Below are positions 10,840 to 19,692 of a stretch of DNA of 64,000 bases, one piece after another; the stretch's first letter is position 1; each line of letters opens with the position of its first letter. The notes beneath the pieces are model-generated. The model worked only from the letters and a program-made list of their open reading frames with translations. It was not told the DNA's origin and did no database searches. The position numbers and the translations under genes were made by a program. The stretch spans positions 32,001 to 96,000 of the forward strand of contig CAWJQQ010000009.1 in NCBI GenBank assembly GCA_963845065.1. The letters are read 5' to 3'. This stretch comes from Nitrospirota bacterium. GTDB lineage: Bacteria > Nitrospirota > UBA9217.

Positions 10840-12258
10840 ATGATCACAAATATGGAAAAGCTACTCATTACTGATGACAGCGATGAAATACGGACCCAGA
10901 TGAAATGGGGCTTCAGCAAGGAATACGACGTCATCCTTGCTAAAGACGGAAAGGAATCTCTTGCCCTGTTCACTAAATACATGCCTCGAGTCACGATCCT
11001 CGATCTCGGTCTTCCTCCTCATGAGAACGGAACGGAAGAAGGCTTTCGTTGTCTCCAGCAGATGTTTTTGCTGAATCCGGCTGCGAAGGTGATTGTCCTG
11101 ACCGGCAACGACCAGCGTGAAAACGCGCTTAAAGCCATTGAAATGGGAGCTTACGACTTTTATCAGAAACCTCCAAATCTTGATGAACTACGGGTCATTG
11201 TCCGGCGGGCATATCATCTCTCCTCAATCGAAGCGCAGAATCAATCCCTGCATCATGCTCTTGAGCAGCAGACGTCTCCCGTAGGCGGCATCATTGGCCA
11301 CTGCGCCGAGATGCAATCAGTGTTTTCCACCATGCGGAAAGTGGCGTCTTCGGATGCTTCGATTCTGATCCAGGGCGAGAGTGGGACCGGGAAGGAACTA
11401 GTTGCGAGGGCGATCCACTCCATGAGTCTGCGTAAAGGCGGACCCTTTATTCCCATCAACTGTGGGGCAATCCCCGAGACATTGCTTGAGACGGAGCTTT
11501 TCGGACATGAGAAAGGGGCTTTTACCGGGGCTCACGCTCAGTTGCAGGGTAAGGTGGAATACGCTCAGAACGGCACACTGTTTCTTGATGAAATCGGCGA
11601 GCTTCCCGCTTTGCTTCAGGTGAAGTTGCTCCGGTTTCTCCAAGACAAGACTATCCAGCGGGTAGGCGGCAGGGAGGATGTGGTGGTCGACACGCGAATC
11701 CTCGCAGCGACCAGCAAGGACCTTACACAGGAAATGAAAGAAAATAGGTTCAGAGAGGACCTGTTCTACAGGCTTGGCGTGGTGTTAATAAAGGTTCCGC
11801 CACTCAGGGAGCGGAAGGGCGATCTCGTGGTCATCGCAACATATTTTCTGAAACGGTTCAGCGATTTATACGATAAGAGGATCCGTGGGTTCAACTCTCC
11901 CGCCATCGAGAGCATGGAGGCCTATGAATGGCCGGGCAATATACGTGAACTTGAAAACAGGGTTCAAAGGGCCGTGCTACTATCGGAAGGATCTCTTGTT
12001 AATTCGACCGATCTCGGATTTGAAGAACGTCAAACAAATCAGATGGCATCAAATAGAGAAGTAAGCACTCTGAAGGAAGCGAAAGAACGCGTTGAAAAAG
12101 GAATGGTTTTAACTGCACTAGACAAGTACGCGGGGAATATCGCAAAGGCTTCGGAAGAACTTGGCATCAGCAGGCCCACACTCTACGATATTTTAAAAAA
12201 ACACGGGCTCTTTGACGGGACGATCCATAAGGATAAAATACCAACCGATAGTCACTAA
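10840..12258 (+). CDS. prsR: PEP-CTERM-box sigma-54 response regulator PrsR
   Basis: Receiver LDLGLPP, GESGTGKE, GAFTGA, C-terminal HTH LGISRPTLY; follows prsK. Confidence 0.92.
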   Translation: MITNMEKLLITDDSDEIRTQMKWGFSKEYDVILAKDGKESLALFTKYMPRVTILDLGLPPHENGTEEGFRCLQQMFLLNPAAKVIVLTGNDQRENALKAIEMGAYDFYQKPPNLDELRVIVRRAYHLSSIEAQNQSLHHALEQQTSPVGGIIGHCAEMQSVFSTMRKVASSDASILIQGESGTGKELVARAIHSMSLRKGGPFIPINCGAIPETLLETELFGHEKGAFTGAHAQLQGKVEYAQNGTLFLDEIGELPALLQVKLLRFLQDKTIQRVGGREDVVVDTRILAATSKDLTQEMKENRFREDLFYRLGVVLIKVPPLRERKGDLVVIATYFLKRFSDLYDKRIRGFNSPAIESMEAYEWPGNIRELENRVQRAVLLSEGSLVNSTDLGFEERQTNQMASNREVSTLKEAKERVEKGMVLTALDKYAGNIAKASEELGISRPTLYDILKKHGLFDGTIHKDKIPTDSH

Positions 12259-12271
12259 TCTCAGATTGTGG

Positions 12272-12514
12272 TGTAAGAAAACTTTACACATATCCAGAAG
12301 ACTGAATTACTCAAACAGAGTTTACAGAACCAATAGGAATATAAAAATCTCGCCCAGTACCATCAGTGTTTTACCGGTATTTCAAAACGAAAATTACCTA
12401 TTATAAAACAGTATGTTACCTGCCTACTCTTAGAGTAGCGCCAACTTCATTTATATCGAAGTATCGTATATAAATAGTTTTTACACAGTCATCGACGTGT
12501 ATGAAAACTTTACA
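12272..12514 (+). promoter_or_regulatory. Two TGT-N11-ACA boxes, candidate PrsR enhancer sites
   Basis: TGTAAGAAAACTTTACA (12272-12288) and TGTATGAAAACTTTACA (12498-12514) match at 16/17; weaker copy at 12469-12485. Confidence 0.65.
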
Positions 12515-12573
12515 CTCATCCCCAGAGCTGAAGAAATATTAATTAACATGTTATAAAACAATGTGTTGTCGGA

Positions 12574-12589
12574 AGGCATATAAATTGCT
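12574..12589 (+). promoter_or_regulatory. Sigma-54 promoter (-24/-12)
   Basis: AGGCATATAAATTGCT: GG-N10-GC, about 100 bp upstream of the first PEP-CTERM gene. Confidence 0.75.
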
Positions 12590-12689
12590 ATTAAGTAAGG
12601 CAACGGAACCTGAGGGCTTATTACCATTATTTGAAGACGAGCTTCATAATAACTGACTTGAATTCATTAACATATAAGGAGAAAAACAA

Positions 12690-12872
12690 ATGAAAAAGTA
12701 TTTAGGAATGAGCCTCATGCTTGTTGTGTCTCTATTAGCTTTGACAAGCTCGGCATATGCTACTGGGCCCTGTTTAACTTGTAAGACGCCCGAGCCTGGA
12801 ATGCTGGCCCTTCTCGGCGCAGGGATGGCAGCGATAGGCCTGTTTAGCTTTAAGGGAAAAAACCGCAAATAG
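12690..12872 (+). CDS. Minimal PEP-CTERM protein 1 (signal peptide + TGPCLTCKT + PEP-CTERM)
   Basis: RBS AAGGAG; signal ends AYA; PEPGMLALLGAGMAAIGL + KGKNRK. Confidence 0.9.
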   Translation: MKKYLGMSLMLVVSLLALTSSAYATGPCLTCKTPEPGMLALLGAGMAAIGLFSFKGKNRK

Positions 12873-13044
12873 AATTTAAATTTGTACCCTACGCCGTTTC
12901 TTCTCTAGTTAAATTACCGTGAGGCGAGGGACTGTAGGGATTTTTCACCAAATACATGCCTTGCAACTAAATACGGAAGCAGGGTTTTTTACAGACTGGC
13001 TTAAACATACTGGACGTAAAGACACTATAGAAAGGAGGCAATCC

Positions 13045-13224
13045 GTGAAAAAGTATTTAGTAATGAGCCTCATGCTTGTAGTATCTTTATTAGCGTTGAC
13101 AGGCCCGGCATATGCCGTTTGTGCCAATGCGCTGTGCCTACCTGAACCTGGCATTCTTACTCTTCTCGGTGCAGGAATTGCTGGGATAGGACTGTACAGC
13201 TTTAAAGGAAAAAACCGCAAATAG
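13045..13224 (+). CDS. Minimal PEP-CTERM protein 2 (signal peptide + VCANALCL + PEP-CTERM)
   Basis: GTG start after AAGGAGG (the ORF track start at 12919 is too long); close paralog of protein 1. Confidence 0.9.
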   Translation: MKKYLVMSLMLVVSLLALTGPAYAVCANALCLPEPGILTLLGAGIAGIGLYSFKGKNRK

Positions 13225-13620
13225 AATCTAAAAATTTGTAGCCCACGCGGTTTCTCTCTAATTACCGTCGCGACTGATTACGTGCAGAAACGGGAGGTTA
13301 ACCCCCCCCAACATCGTATAAAGCACGTAAAATGTCTAGAGCATGACGGTTTTTTTTTGCCCTCGTTTTTATCTCAACCAAGTAAAGCCGCTAAATAGCT
13401 GACTTTAACCTTCCCCGTATTTAGATTTAGTAGGAATGCTTCTATCGGCTTTTCTGAGCCACCGGAGTGAGTCCTTGTCTATAATACTTTAATATTATTG
13501 ACTATACAGGTTCCCATATGATAAATTTATAACAATAAAGAATTAAATTCAGATTGAATGGCAATTAGATGCGAGATGAAAACGTAATAGAGGAACGGGA
13601 TACGGAAAGGAGAAATATCC

Positions 13621-13809
13621 GTGAAAAAGTATTTAATAAATAGTTTTATACTAGTTGTATTTTTGGTGTTGGCTGGCTCGGCATATGCCGTACCCGTGGG
13701 GCCCTGCGCAGAGTGTAGCTTGCCGGAGCCGGGAATGCTTACACTGCTTAGTTCGGGGATGGCAGGGATTGGTCTGTTCAGTTTTATCAAGAGAAAGAAC
13801 CGCAAGTAG
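13621..13809 (+). CDS. Minimal PEP-CTERM protein 3 (signal peptide + VPVGPCAECSL + PEP-CTERM)
   Basis: GTG start after AAGGAG; AYA site; PEPGMLTLL...KRKNRK. Confidence 0.9.
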   Translation: MKKYLINSFILVVFLVLAGSAYAVPVGPCAECSLPEPGMLTLLSSGMAGIGLFSFIKRKNRK

Positions 13810-14198
13810 AAACGAGAAAGTCATAACCCTTGCGGTTTCTTCTTAGATAACCGTTGTGTCAGATTACGAGCATGGAGGGGAGGTTAAATTATTATCCCAT
13901 CTTCAAGTGCACGTATAAGGTCTGGAGCATGACGGTTTTTTTTTGCCTTCGTTTTTTCTCGCAACCTAGGATAGCGCTCAATAGTTGGTTTTAAACTTCT
14001 TCCGCGATTTGGAAACGTTTTGTTGCAACCATGGGGAGGAAACGCCGGCTTTCTATTAAAATAATTCGATTGCCAATTTTCCAGTAAGCCGATATATTTG
14101 AAGGTGTGAAACTTATCGAACAAATCAAACTACTGCCAGCCCTGGAGCTTCTGCTCTGCGTTATTTTTACCCAGTGTAGCTAAAAAAAAGGAGTATCA

Positions 14199-14861
14199 AT
14201 GATTACGCCTGAGACAGATCGACATAAGCTTTTTTCAAAACGGCTTCTTGTCGTCCTACTGGCCATTAGTGTTCTTGCAAACATCATCCTTATCACGAAG
14301 CTTAAGTTTCCTGAAACTTTCCACAAAATTCAGGTTGCATTTATTCCCGCACCCGAAGTAGCGCCCTCAGACCATACTCGTGGCAATCCCAATGCGAAAT
14401 ATACGATCATCGAATATACCGATCTTCAATGCCCCTATTGTGCCCAATTTCACGAGACCATGAGCGCCGTCATGAAGCAAGCGGACGTGCGGTGGGTGTT
14501 CCGCCACTTTCCGCTCCCGGCCCATCCTTTCGCGCAGAAGGCCGCCGAGGCCTCGGAGTGCGCAGGGGAGCAGGGAAAATTTTGGGAATACAGCGATGCG
14601 CTCTTCGGGCTCAAGGGAAATCTTACGGACGCGACGTTCGCTAAGATTGCACGGGACCTTAAGCTGGACATGAATTCCTTCAGCCTCTGCGTAAGCAGCG
14701 GCAAATATGCTGCCGTTGTAGAGGCTCAGCGTGAGGGCGGCGTGAAGAAACTGATACGTGGCACGCCCACCTTCTGGCTGAACGGCAAACGCTTTGAAGG
14801 GTCCGTTCCGCTCGATGAACTCAGGAAGATGGTCGGGGTGATACCCGAAACTAAGAGTTAA
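14199..14861 (+). CDS. Membrane-anchored DsbA-family thiol-disulfide oxidoreductase
   Basis: N-terminal TM; EYTDLQCPYC, FRHFPL, GTP cis-Pro loop. Confidence 0.9.
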   Translation: MITPETDRHKLFSKRLLVVLLAISVLANIILITKLKFPETFHKIQVAFIPAPEVAPSDHTRGNPNAKYTIIEYTDLQCPYCAQFHETMSAVMKQADVRWVFRHFPLPAHPFAQKAAEASECAGEQGKFWEYSDALFGLKGNLTDATFAKIARDLKLDMNSFSLCVSSGKYAAVVEAQREGGVKKLIRGTPTFWLNGKRFEGSVPLDELRKMVGVIPETKS

Positions 14862-15224
14862 GCCTCCCTTTAGTAAAGCGCAGATATGCCTTATTGAGCA
14901 TGACGATTTATTTTGTTCGCATTTCCCTCATGACCCAATAGGACACTTAATAACAGACTTTAACCTTCCGCCATCTGTCCTGCTTATTCCGGAAATTTTG
15001 GATGCACCTCCGGAGCCATGTGAACACTCATTCCCCTCGAAACTGACCAGATTTGAGATCCTTGTGCGGCGCAATATCAAGAAGCTGAACTTTCTGTGAC
15101 TCAAGATTATTCTCATTTTCTGAGGACGATACTCTGCAGTAAATTGTCACATTTTTATCAGAAGGCTGGATGTTTTCGTGAACAACAACCGTGCAGGGAT
15201 GAGTTTGATAAGAATTCAATTTAC

Positions 15225-16888
15225 CAAACTATCCGCAGAAAGCCCCTGGTTTTAACCATGGGGATGAATGCGGGAACTTTGTTTTTTGGCAATTAGTAGA
15301 CAAATGTACATCTATGTGGTATATTTAAACAACCAATGCCGAATAAACCTAAAACCCCATCTTGTATCCACGAGTTTCAACTCGTAGTGACTCCAAAGGA
15401 CAATCGAATGCTCGATGCCCGGCTCGAAGCTGGCCGTTATCTGTACAATGCCTGCCTTGGTGAAGCGATGAAGCGTCTTACTGCCATGCGGCGATCAGAA
15501 AAATGGCTCGTGGCGATCACGAAGAAGAAAAGCAAGCTTCGCACCAGGATGTTTAAGACAGCCAGAACCCAGGCTGAATATACTGAATACCACCTTCATA
15601 ACTATGTCGGTATCCTCCGCAATTCCTGCTGGATCGGAGACCATATTGACAGCCTGACCGCCCAGAAGATAGCGACCAGGTCGTTTAATGCCGTTGCTGA
15701 CTACGAGTTCGGGAAGCATGGCAAACCACGTTTCAAGCGCCATGGCTGGATGTCGTCCCTCGAAGGTAAAAACAACAAATCTGGTATTCGGTGGTGCGAT
15801 GACCATGTGGAGTGGACTGGCCTTCGTCTCAACTGTGTCTTCGACAAGAAAGACAAGTTTGGCGTTCAGGCTCATGCACTTAGCCATGATGTCAAGTACG
15901 TTCGTCTGGTCAAGAAAACTATCCGCGGCAATCCCCGCTGGTTTGCCCAACTTGTGCTTAAAGGCACGGCCAAGATCAAGCGTGAGAACCAGATTGGCAC
16001 CGAAACCGTTGGCCTTGACATTGGCCCGTCGACAGTTGCCATCGTTGGTGATACCGATGCGTTACTACTCGAATTCTGCCCTGAAGTCGAGATACCGTTT
16101 AAACGTATCAAGACCGTCCAGCGCACAATGGCCAGAAGCCTTCGTGCTACCAACCCGGGCAACTACAACGGAGACAAAACCATCAAAACGGGTAAAAAAC
16201 AGTGGGTCTTTTCTGTTCAATACCGTGTTCTTAAAGCTAAGCTCGCCGAACTTCAAAGGATCCTTGCTGAAACCAGAAAACGGTCTCATGGCAAGCTCGT
16301 GAACAAAGTCCTCACTCTCGGTACCGACATCAAAACCGAGAAACTGTCGTACAAAGCATTTCAGAAACTCTATGGTAAAAGTATTTCGCGACGAGCTCCG
16401 GGGATGTTTATGTCGATGCTTCACCACAAAGCCGAAAACGCTGGCGGTAAAGTAACCGAGTTTTCTACCCGGAGCACAAAGCTTTCCCAGACATGCCATT
16501 GTGGAACAGTAGCCAAAAAATCATTGTCCCAAAGATGGCATGCCTGCAACTGCGGGGTAAGCACCCAGCGTGATCTCTATTCCGCATTCCTTGCAAAGCA
16601 TGTTTCTAACGATGTCCTCGACACGCGTCAGGCTGCCAAAGCCTGGCCGGGTGCAAACCTGCTCCTGGAACGGGCGGTGTTGGGGGTGCAGCATGAAGCG
16701 GCAAAGGGTCGAATTCATCCAACCAGCTTCGGTATCAAGCACGAGAACACCACGAACCGGAGACAGAGCTGCTCGTCCGTTAAAGGCGGATCAACGACAG
16801 TCGAGGCCGACAACGTTCGTATTGTTGCCGGAGAGCCTGTCGGTACAGCCGCTAGAACCCCCTGGCTTTAGACATGGGGAGTGGTCAG
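15225..16888 (+). mobile_element. Non-autonomous IS200/IS605-family element (tnpB only)
   Basis: Left end TTAC|CAAAC...AAAG CCCCTGGTTTTAACCATGGGG; right end GAAC CCCCTGGCTTTAGACATGGGG AGTGGTCAG|. Both resemble IS608 ends. Confidence 0.88.
15336..16871 (+). CDS. tnpB: RNA-guided endonuclease TnpB
   Basis: RuvC residues in GLDIG, KTEKL, RDLYSA; zinc ribbon CHC...CNC; LYNACL, KPRFK. Confidence 0.92.
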   Translation: MPNKPKTPSCIHEFQLVVTPKDNRMLDARLEAGRYLYNACLGEAMKRLTAMRRSEKWLVAITKKKSKLRTRMFKTARTQAEYTEYHLHNYVGILRNSCWIGDHIDSLTAQKIATRSFNAVADYEFGKHGKPRFKRHGWMSSLEGKNNKSGIRWCDDHVEWTGLRLNCVFDKKDKFGVQAHALSHDVKYVRLVKKTIRGNPRWFAQLVLKGTAKIKRENQIGTETVGLDIGPSTVAIVGDTDALLLEFCPEVEIPFKRIKTVQRTMARSLRATNPGNYNGDKTIKTGKKQWVFSVQYRVLKAKLAELQRILAETRKRSHGKLVNKVLTLGTDIKTEKLSYKAFQKLYGKSISRRAPGMFMSMLHHKAENAGGKVTEFSTRSTKLSQTCHCGTVAKKSLSQRWHACNCGVSTQRDLYSAFLAKHVSNDVLDTRQAAKAWPGANLLLERAVLGVQHEAAKGRIHPTSFGIKHENTTNRRQSCSSVKGGSTTVEADNVRIVAGEPVGTAARTPWL

Positions 16889-17380
16889 GTTGTCTCGGCA
16901 GCCAGAATGAAGACCCATGATACGGTCGTCGTGACCCTGTCAATAAAGAATGTGGCAGTAGGGAGCATCGTCGGCGGAGATAAAAAAGCAGTTCATCAGG
17001 GAGTCAGGCAGACAAACCTTAATATCGCCGAGCTTGCCGGGCGTGTTTGGCCGGATCTGGCAATGATCGACGGGTTCGAAGGCATGGAAGGCGATGGCCC
17101 CACAGGGGGTGATCCTGTACCCCTCAATGTAGCGATAGCAGGCACGGATGCACTTGCGACAGATCGCGTTGCCTGCGAGGTCATGGGTATCGACTTTCAC
17201 AGTGTCGGATACCTACATTTTTGCGCCGAGCGGGAACTGGGCGAGGCCGACCTGAATAAGATCGATGTCCTGGGGGAGAAGGTAAAAGACTGCGTTCGGC
17301 CCTTCAAGCTTCACCGGTCGGTGAAAGAACAGTATGCCTGGAAGGCCCAGGAATTACTACTGCGTTGTGGTGGCGATTGA
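16889..17380 (+). pseudogene. 3' part of a DUF362-family protein interrupted by the IS605 element
   Basis: MKTHD...TLSIKN, MIDGFEGMEGDGP, DALATD; N-terminal half missing. Confidence 0.8.
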
Positions 17381-17566
17381 TCATTCCTGTTATGATTATG
17401 AGTTCATTCTCAAGTACGCTTCGCGATTTTGGATACTCAGAATGCCGCGAATGCAGATTCCGGACAAAAAAGATATCTGCCTCGTAAATAAATGGGCATC
17501 TATTTCGGAGATAAATGGACATCGATTAAATTGCGCGCGCTGCGAATGCGGAAACAAAAATTCATA

Positions 17567-17595
17567 TTGACAATATATACATTTAAAGGTATATT
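17567..17595 (+). promoter_or_regulatory. Sigma-70 promoter of the first TA operon (probably leaderless)
   Basis: TTGACA-17 nt-TATATT, with ATG at 17602. Confidence 0.6.
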
Positions 17596-17601
17596 CAATA
17601 T

Positions 17602-17964
17602 ATGGCATACACGGTTGTAACGTCGGGCGATTATTATACGTGGTGGCGTAGTCTGGATGAGGCCGAACAGATAGATATTGACGCGGTCATTATTCTTTTA
17701 AAAGAAAAGGGTCCACTCCTTGGTTTTCCTCATAGCTCGGGAGTTAACAAATCGAAATATCGACACATGCGTGAGTTGAGAATTCAGCATAAAGGAAGGC
17801 CGTATAGAGTCCTTTATGCATTTGACCCGCGTAGAGTTGCAATTTTGCTAATAGGTGGAGATAAAACAGGCAATAATCGGTGGTATGATCAGTTTGTCCC
17901 TATTGCAGACAAGTTGTACGCAGAACATATAGCTACCTTAAAGAGTTCCAAGAAAGGAAGGTAA
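17602..17964 (+). CDS. RelE/ParE (HigB/Gp49-like) toxin
   Basis: GPLLGFPHS, MRELRIQHKGRPYRVLYAFDPRR, GGDK. Confidence 0.9.
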   Translation: MAYTVVTSGDYYTWWRSLDEAEQIDIDAVIILLKEKGPLLGFPHSSGVNKSKYRHMRELRIQHKGRPYRVLYAFDPRRVAILLIGGDKTGNNRWYDQFVPIADKLYAEHIATLKSSKKGR

Positions 17965-17970
17965 AAAAAA

Positions 17971-18300
17971 ATGAAGACAATACCTTATGAAAAACTCCGC
18001 GCGGAAATGAGCCCGAAGGCGCGTGCAGCCGCAGATAAAAAGGCGCGCGTGATGTTGGCAGAGCTACGTTTGCAGGAGTTACGCAATGCTCGCAAGGTGA
18101 GCCAGGTACAGCTTGCCTCAAAACTGAACATTGAGCAGTCTGGCGTTTCGAAGCTCGAAAAGCAAACTGATATGTATGTTTCTACGCTGCGACGCGTTAT
18201 TAAAGCACTAGGAGGTGATCTGAAAATAACGGCCGTTTTCCCTGACGGTGAAGTTGGTATAAATCAGTTTAAGGATGCCGGCAAGCTCCAAAGGGTGTAG
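17971..18300 (+). CDS. XRE-family HTH antitoxin
   Basis: LQELR...SQVQLA...QSGVSKLEKQTDMYVSTLRR. Confidence 0.9.
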   Translation: MKTIPYEKLRAEMSPKARAAADKKARVMLAELRLQELRNARKVSQVQLASKLNIEQSGVSKLEKQTDMYVSTLRRVIKALGGDLKITAVFPDGEVGINQFKDAGKLQRV

Positions 18301-18359
18301 CCTTAATGAATGTGGGCGTTCCCGCGCTGGTTTTCCTAATTTTGGATGTCATAAAATAA

Positions 18360-18455
18360 CTGTCCAAATTGGACCGAAATTGCTGTCCAATTACTCCGAA
18401 AGAGCTGTCCAGCTTAGGCCGAAACAGGCTTCCATTTTACTCCGAAATCTACCGC
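18360..18455. repeat. Four 22-23 bp tandem repeats, IS21-family end-like
   Basis: CTGTCCA...CCGAAA units without spacers. Confidence 0.6.
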
Positions 18456-18593
18456 AAACGGATATAAACATAATGGCTATTTAGTTAAGGCGTGAAAGAG
18501 CACTAAAAATTGCTTCCGAAATGTTAGGGATAGGTCGGTTCAGCTTTATGAAGTGAAAAAATGACAAGTCAATTTATCGCATTATAATAAGTT

Positions 18594-18832
18594 ATGAGCC
18601 CGACAATCTTAAGGGAGAAGGGTTACCGATTTTTTTCTTTTCTCGCGAAGAATCTCGGATGCATATCCACGTCGTTTGTGCTGATGGAGAGGCAAAATTT
18701 TGGCTGTCACCGGAAATAGAATTGGCAAAGAATCTTAACCTGTCACGACAGCAGTTAAAAGAAGTTGAAGGTATTATCGAGGTGCATTATGATAAATTCA
18801 AAATCGCTTGGGAAGAGCATCGCTTCAATTGA
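18594..18832 (+). pseudogene. DUF4160 protein, frameshifted in a T run
   Basis: MSPTILREKGYRF, then SREESRMHIHV...EAKFWL in another frame; seven T where eight restore the frame. Confidence 0.8.
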
Positions 18833-19052
18833 GGTTACCCATATTTCTGGTACGGGCGTATGGCTATTGACCAGAGACAGGGAACTATTCATGTCCTACG
18901 AAAATTTCCCCTGGTTCAAAGATGCGCCCGTTGGCAAGATATTGAACGTGGAAGAACCGCGCCCAGGTCATTTCTATTGGCCTGATCTGGATATAGATCT
19001 AACCACTGAGATCATTGAACATCCCGAGCAGTTTCCAATAAAAATGAAATAA
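18789..19052 (+). CDS. DUF2442 protein
   Basis: EVTHIS, FPWF, HFYWPDLDIDL; usual partner of DUF4160. Confidence 0.85.
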   Translation: MINSKSLGKSIASIEVTHISGTGVWLLTRDRELFMSYENFPWFKDAPVGKILNVEEPRPGHFYWPDLDIDLTTEIIEHPEQFPIKMK

Positions 19053-19094
19053 AAAATCCTCGATGGATATAACAACCTTAAAATCCGGATAGCC

Positions 19095-19372
19095 AAAAAA
19101 CTTTCCTGTATGAGGCTCGAGTAAACTACAAGACCGCCGCGAATACGAATCAGTGGCGCGAGACTTGCCGCACGCTCTATAACACAGCGTTCGATCAGCG
19201 CATCAGCATCTATCGTCAGGACCGGAAAACCATTAGCGTCTACGATCAGGCCAACCAACTCCCGGAACTAAAATCAGCATACACGAAATTCAAGGCTGTC
19301 GGATCTCAGGTACTGCAGGATGTTCTCGAACGCCTGGACAAAACCTACAAATCGTTCTTTCGACGTGTGAAA
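19095..19372 (+). pseudogene. N-terminal tnpB fragment
   Basis: Translates to CRTLYNTA...DQANQLPELK...SQVLQDVLERLDKTYKSFFRRVK and stops at the higA stop codon. Confidence 0.8.
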
Positions 19373-19684
19373 TTACGCAATTTTCTGCATTAAGACGCGC
19401 ACTTCTTTCGCAAGACGCACGTCCAATTTGTCTTTTTCCACTTCAAGATCATAGCGTGATTGAAGGTTGAGCCAGAATCGTTCAGAAAGGCCGAAATATC
19501 GGGAGAGTCTCAGTGCTGTATCGGCGGAAACAGAGCGCTTCCCTTGGACAATTTCATTGATTCGGCGGGGTGGCACGCTTATATCCTTGGCCAGTCTGTA
19601 CTGGCTGATCCCCATAGGTTCTAAAAATTCTTCAAGTAGTATTTCGCCTGGGTGAATGGGAGGCATTTTTTTTATTGTTTTCAT
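19373..19684 (-). CDS. higA: HigA-family antitoxin
   Basis: PIHPGEILLEEFL, TADTALRL-like, FWLNLQ. Confidence 0.95.
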   Translation of the reverse strand: MKTIKKMPPIHPGEILLEEFLEPMGISQYRLAKDISVPPRRINEIVQGKRSVSADTALRLSRYFGLSERFWLNLQSRYDLEVEKDKLDVRLAKEVRVLMQKIA

Positions 19685-19692
19685 AATAACTC

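Noticed and set aside
12919..13044. N-terminal extension of the second PEP-CTERM ORF
   Set aside because: Strong RBS and paralog alignment place the start at GTG 13045.
12690..13809. Micro-PEP-CTERM cores as c-type heme-binding peptides
   Set aside because: None has CxxCH; only one has CxxCK and one has C-x4-C, so heme attachment is not a shared feature.
15225..16888. IStron (self-splicing intron plus tnpB)
   Set aside because: Only about 110 nt lie between the left end and tnpB, too short for a group I intron core.
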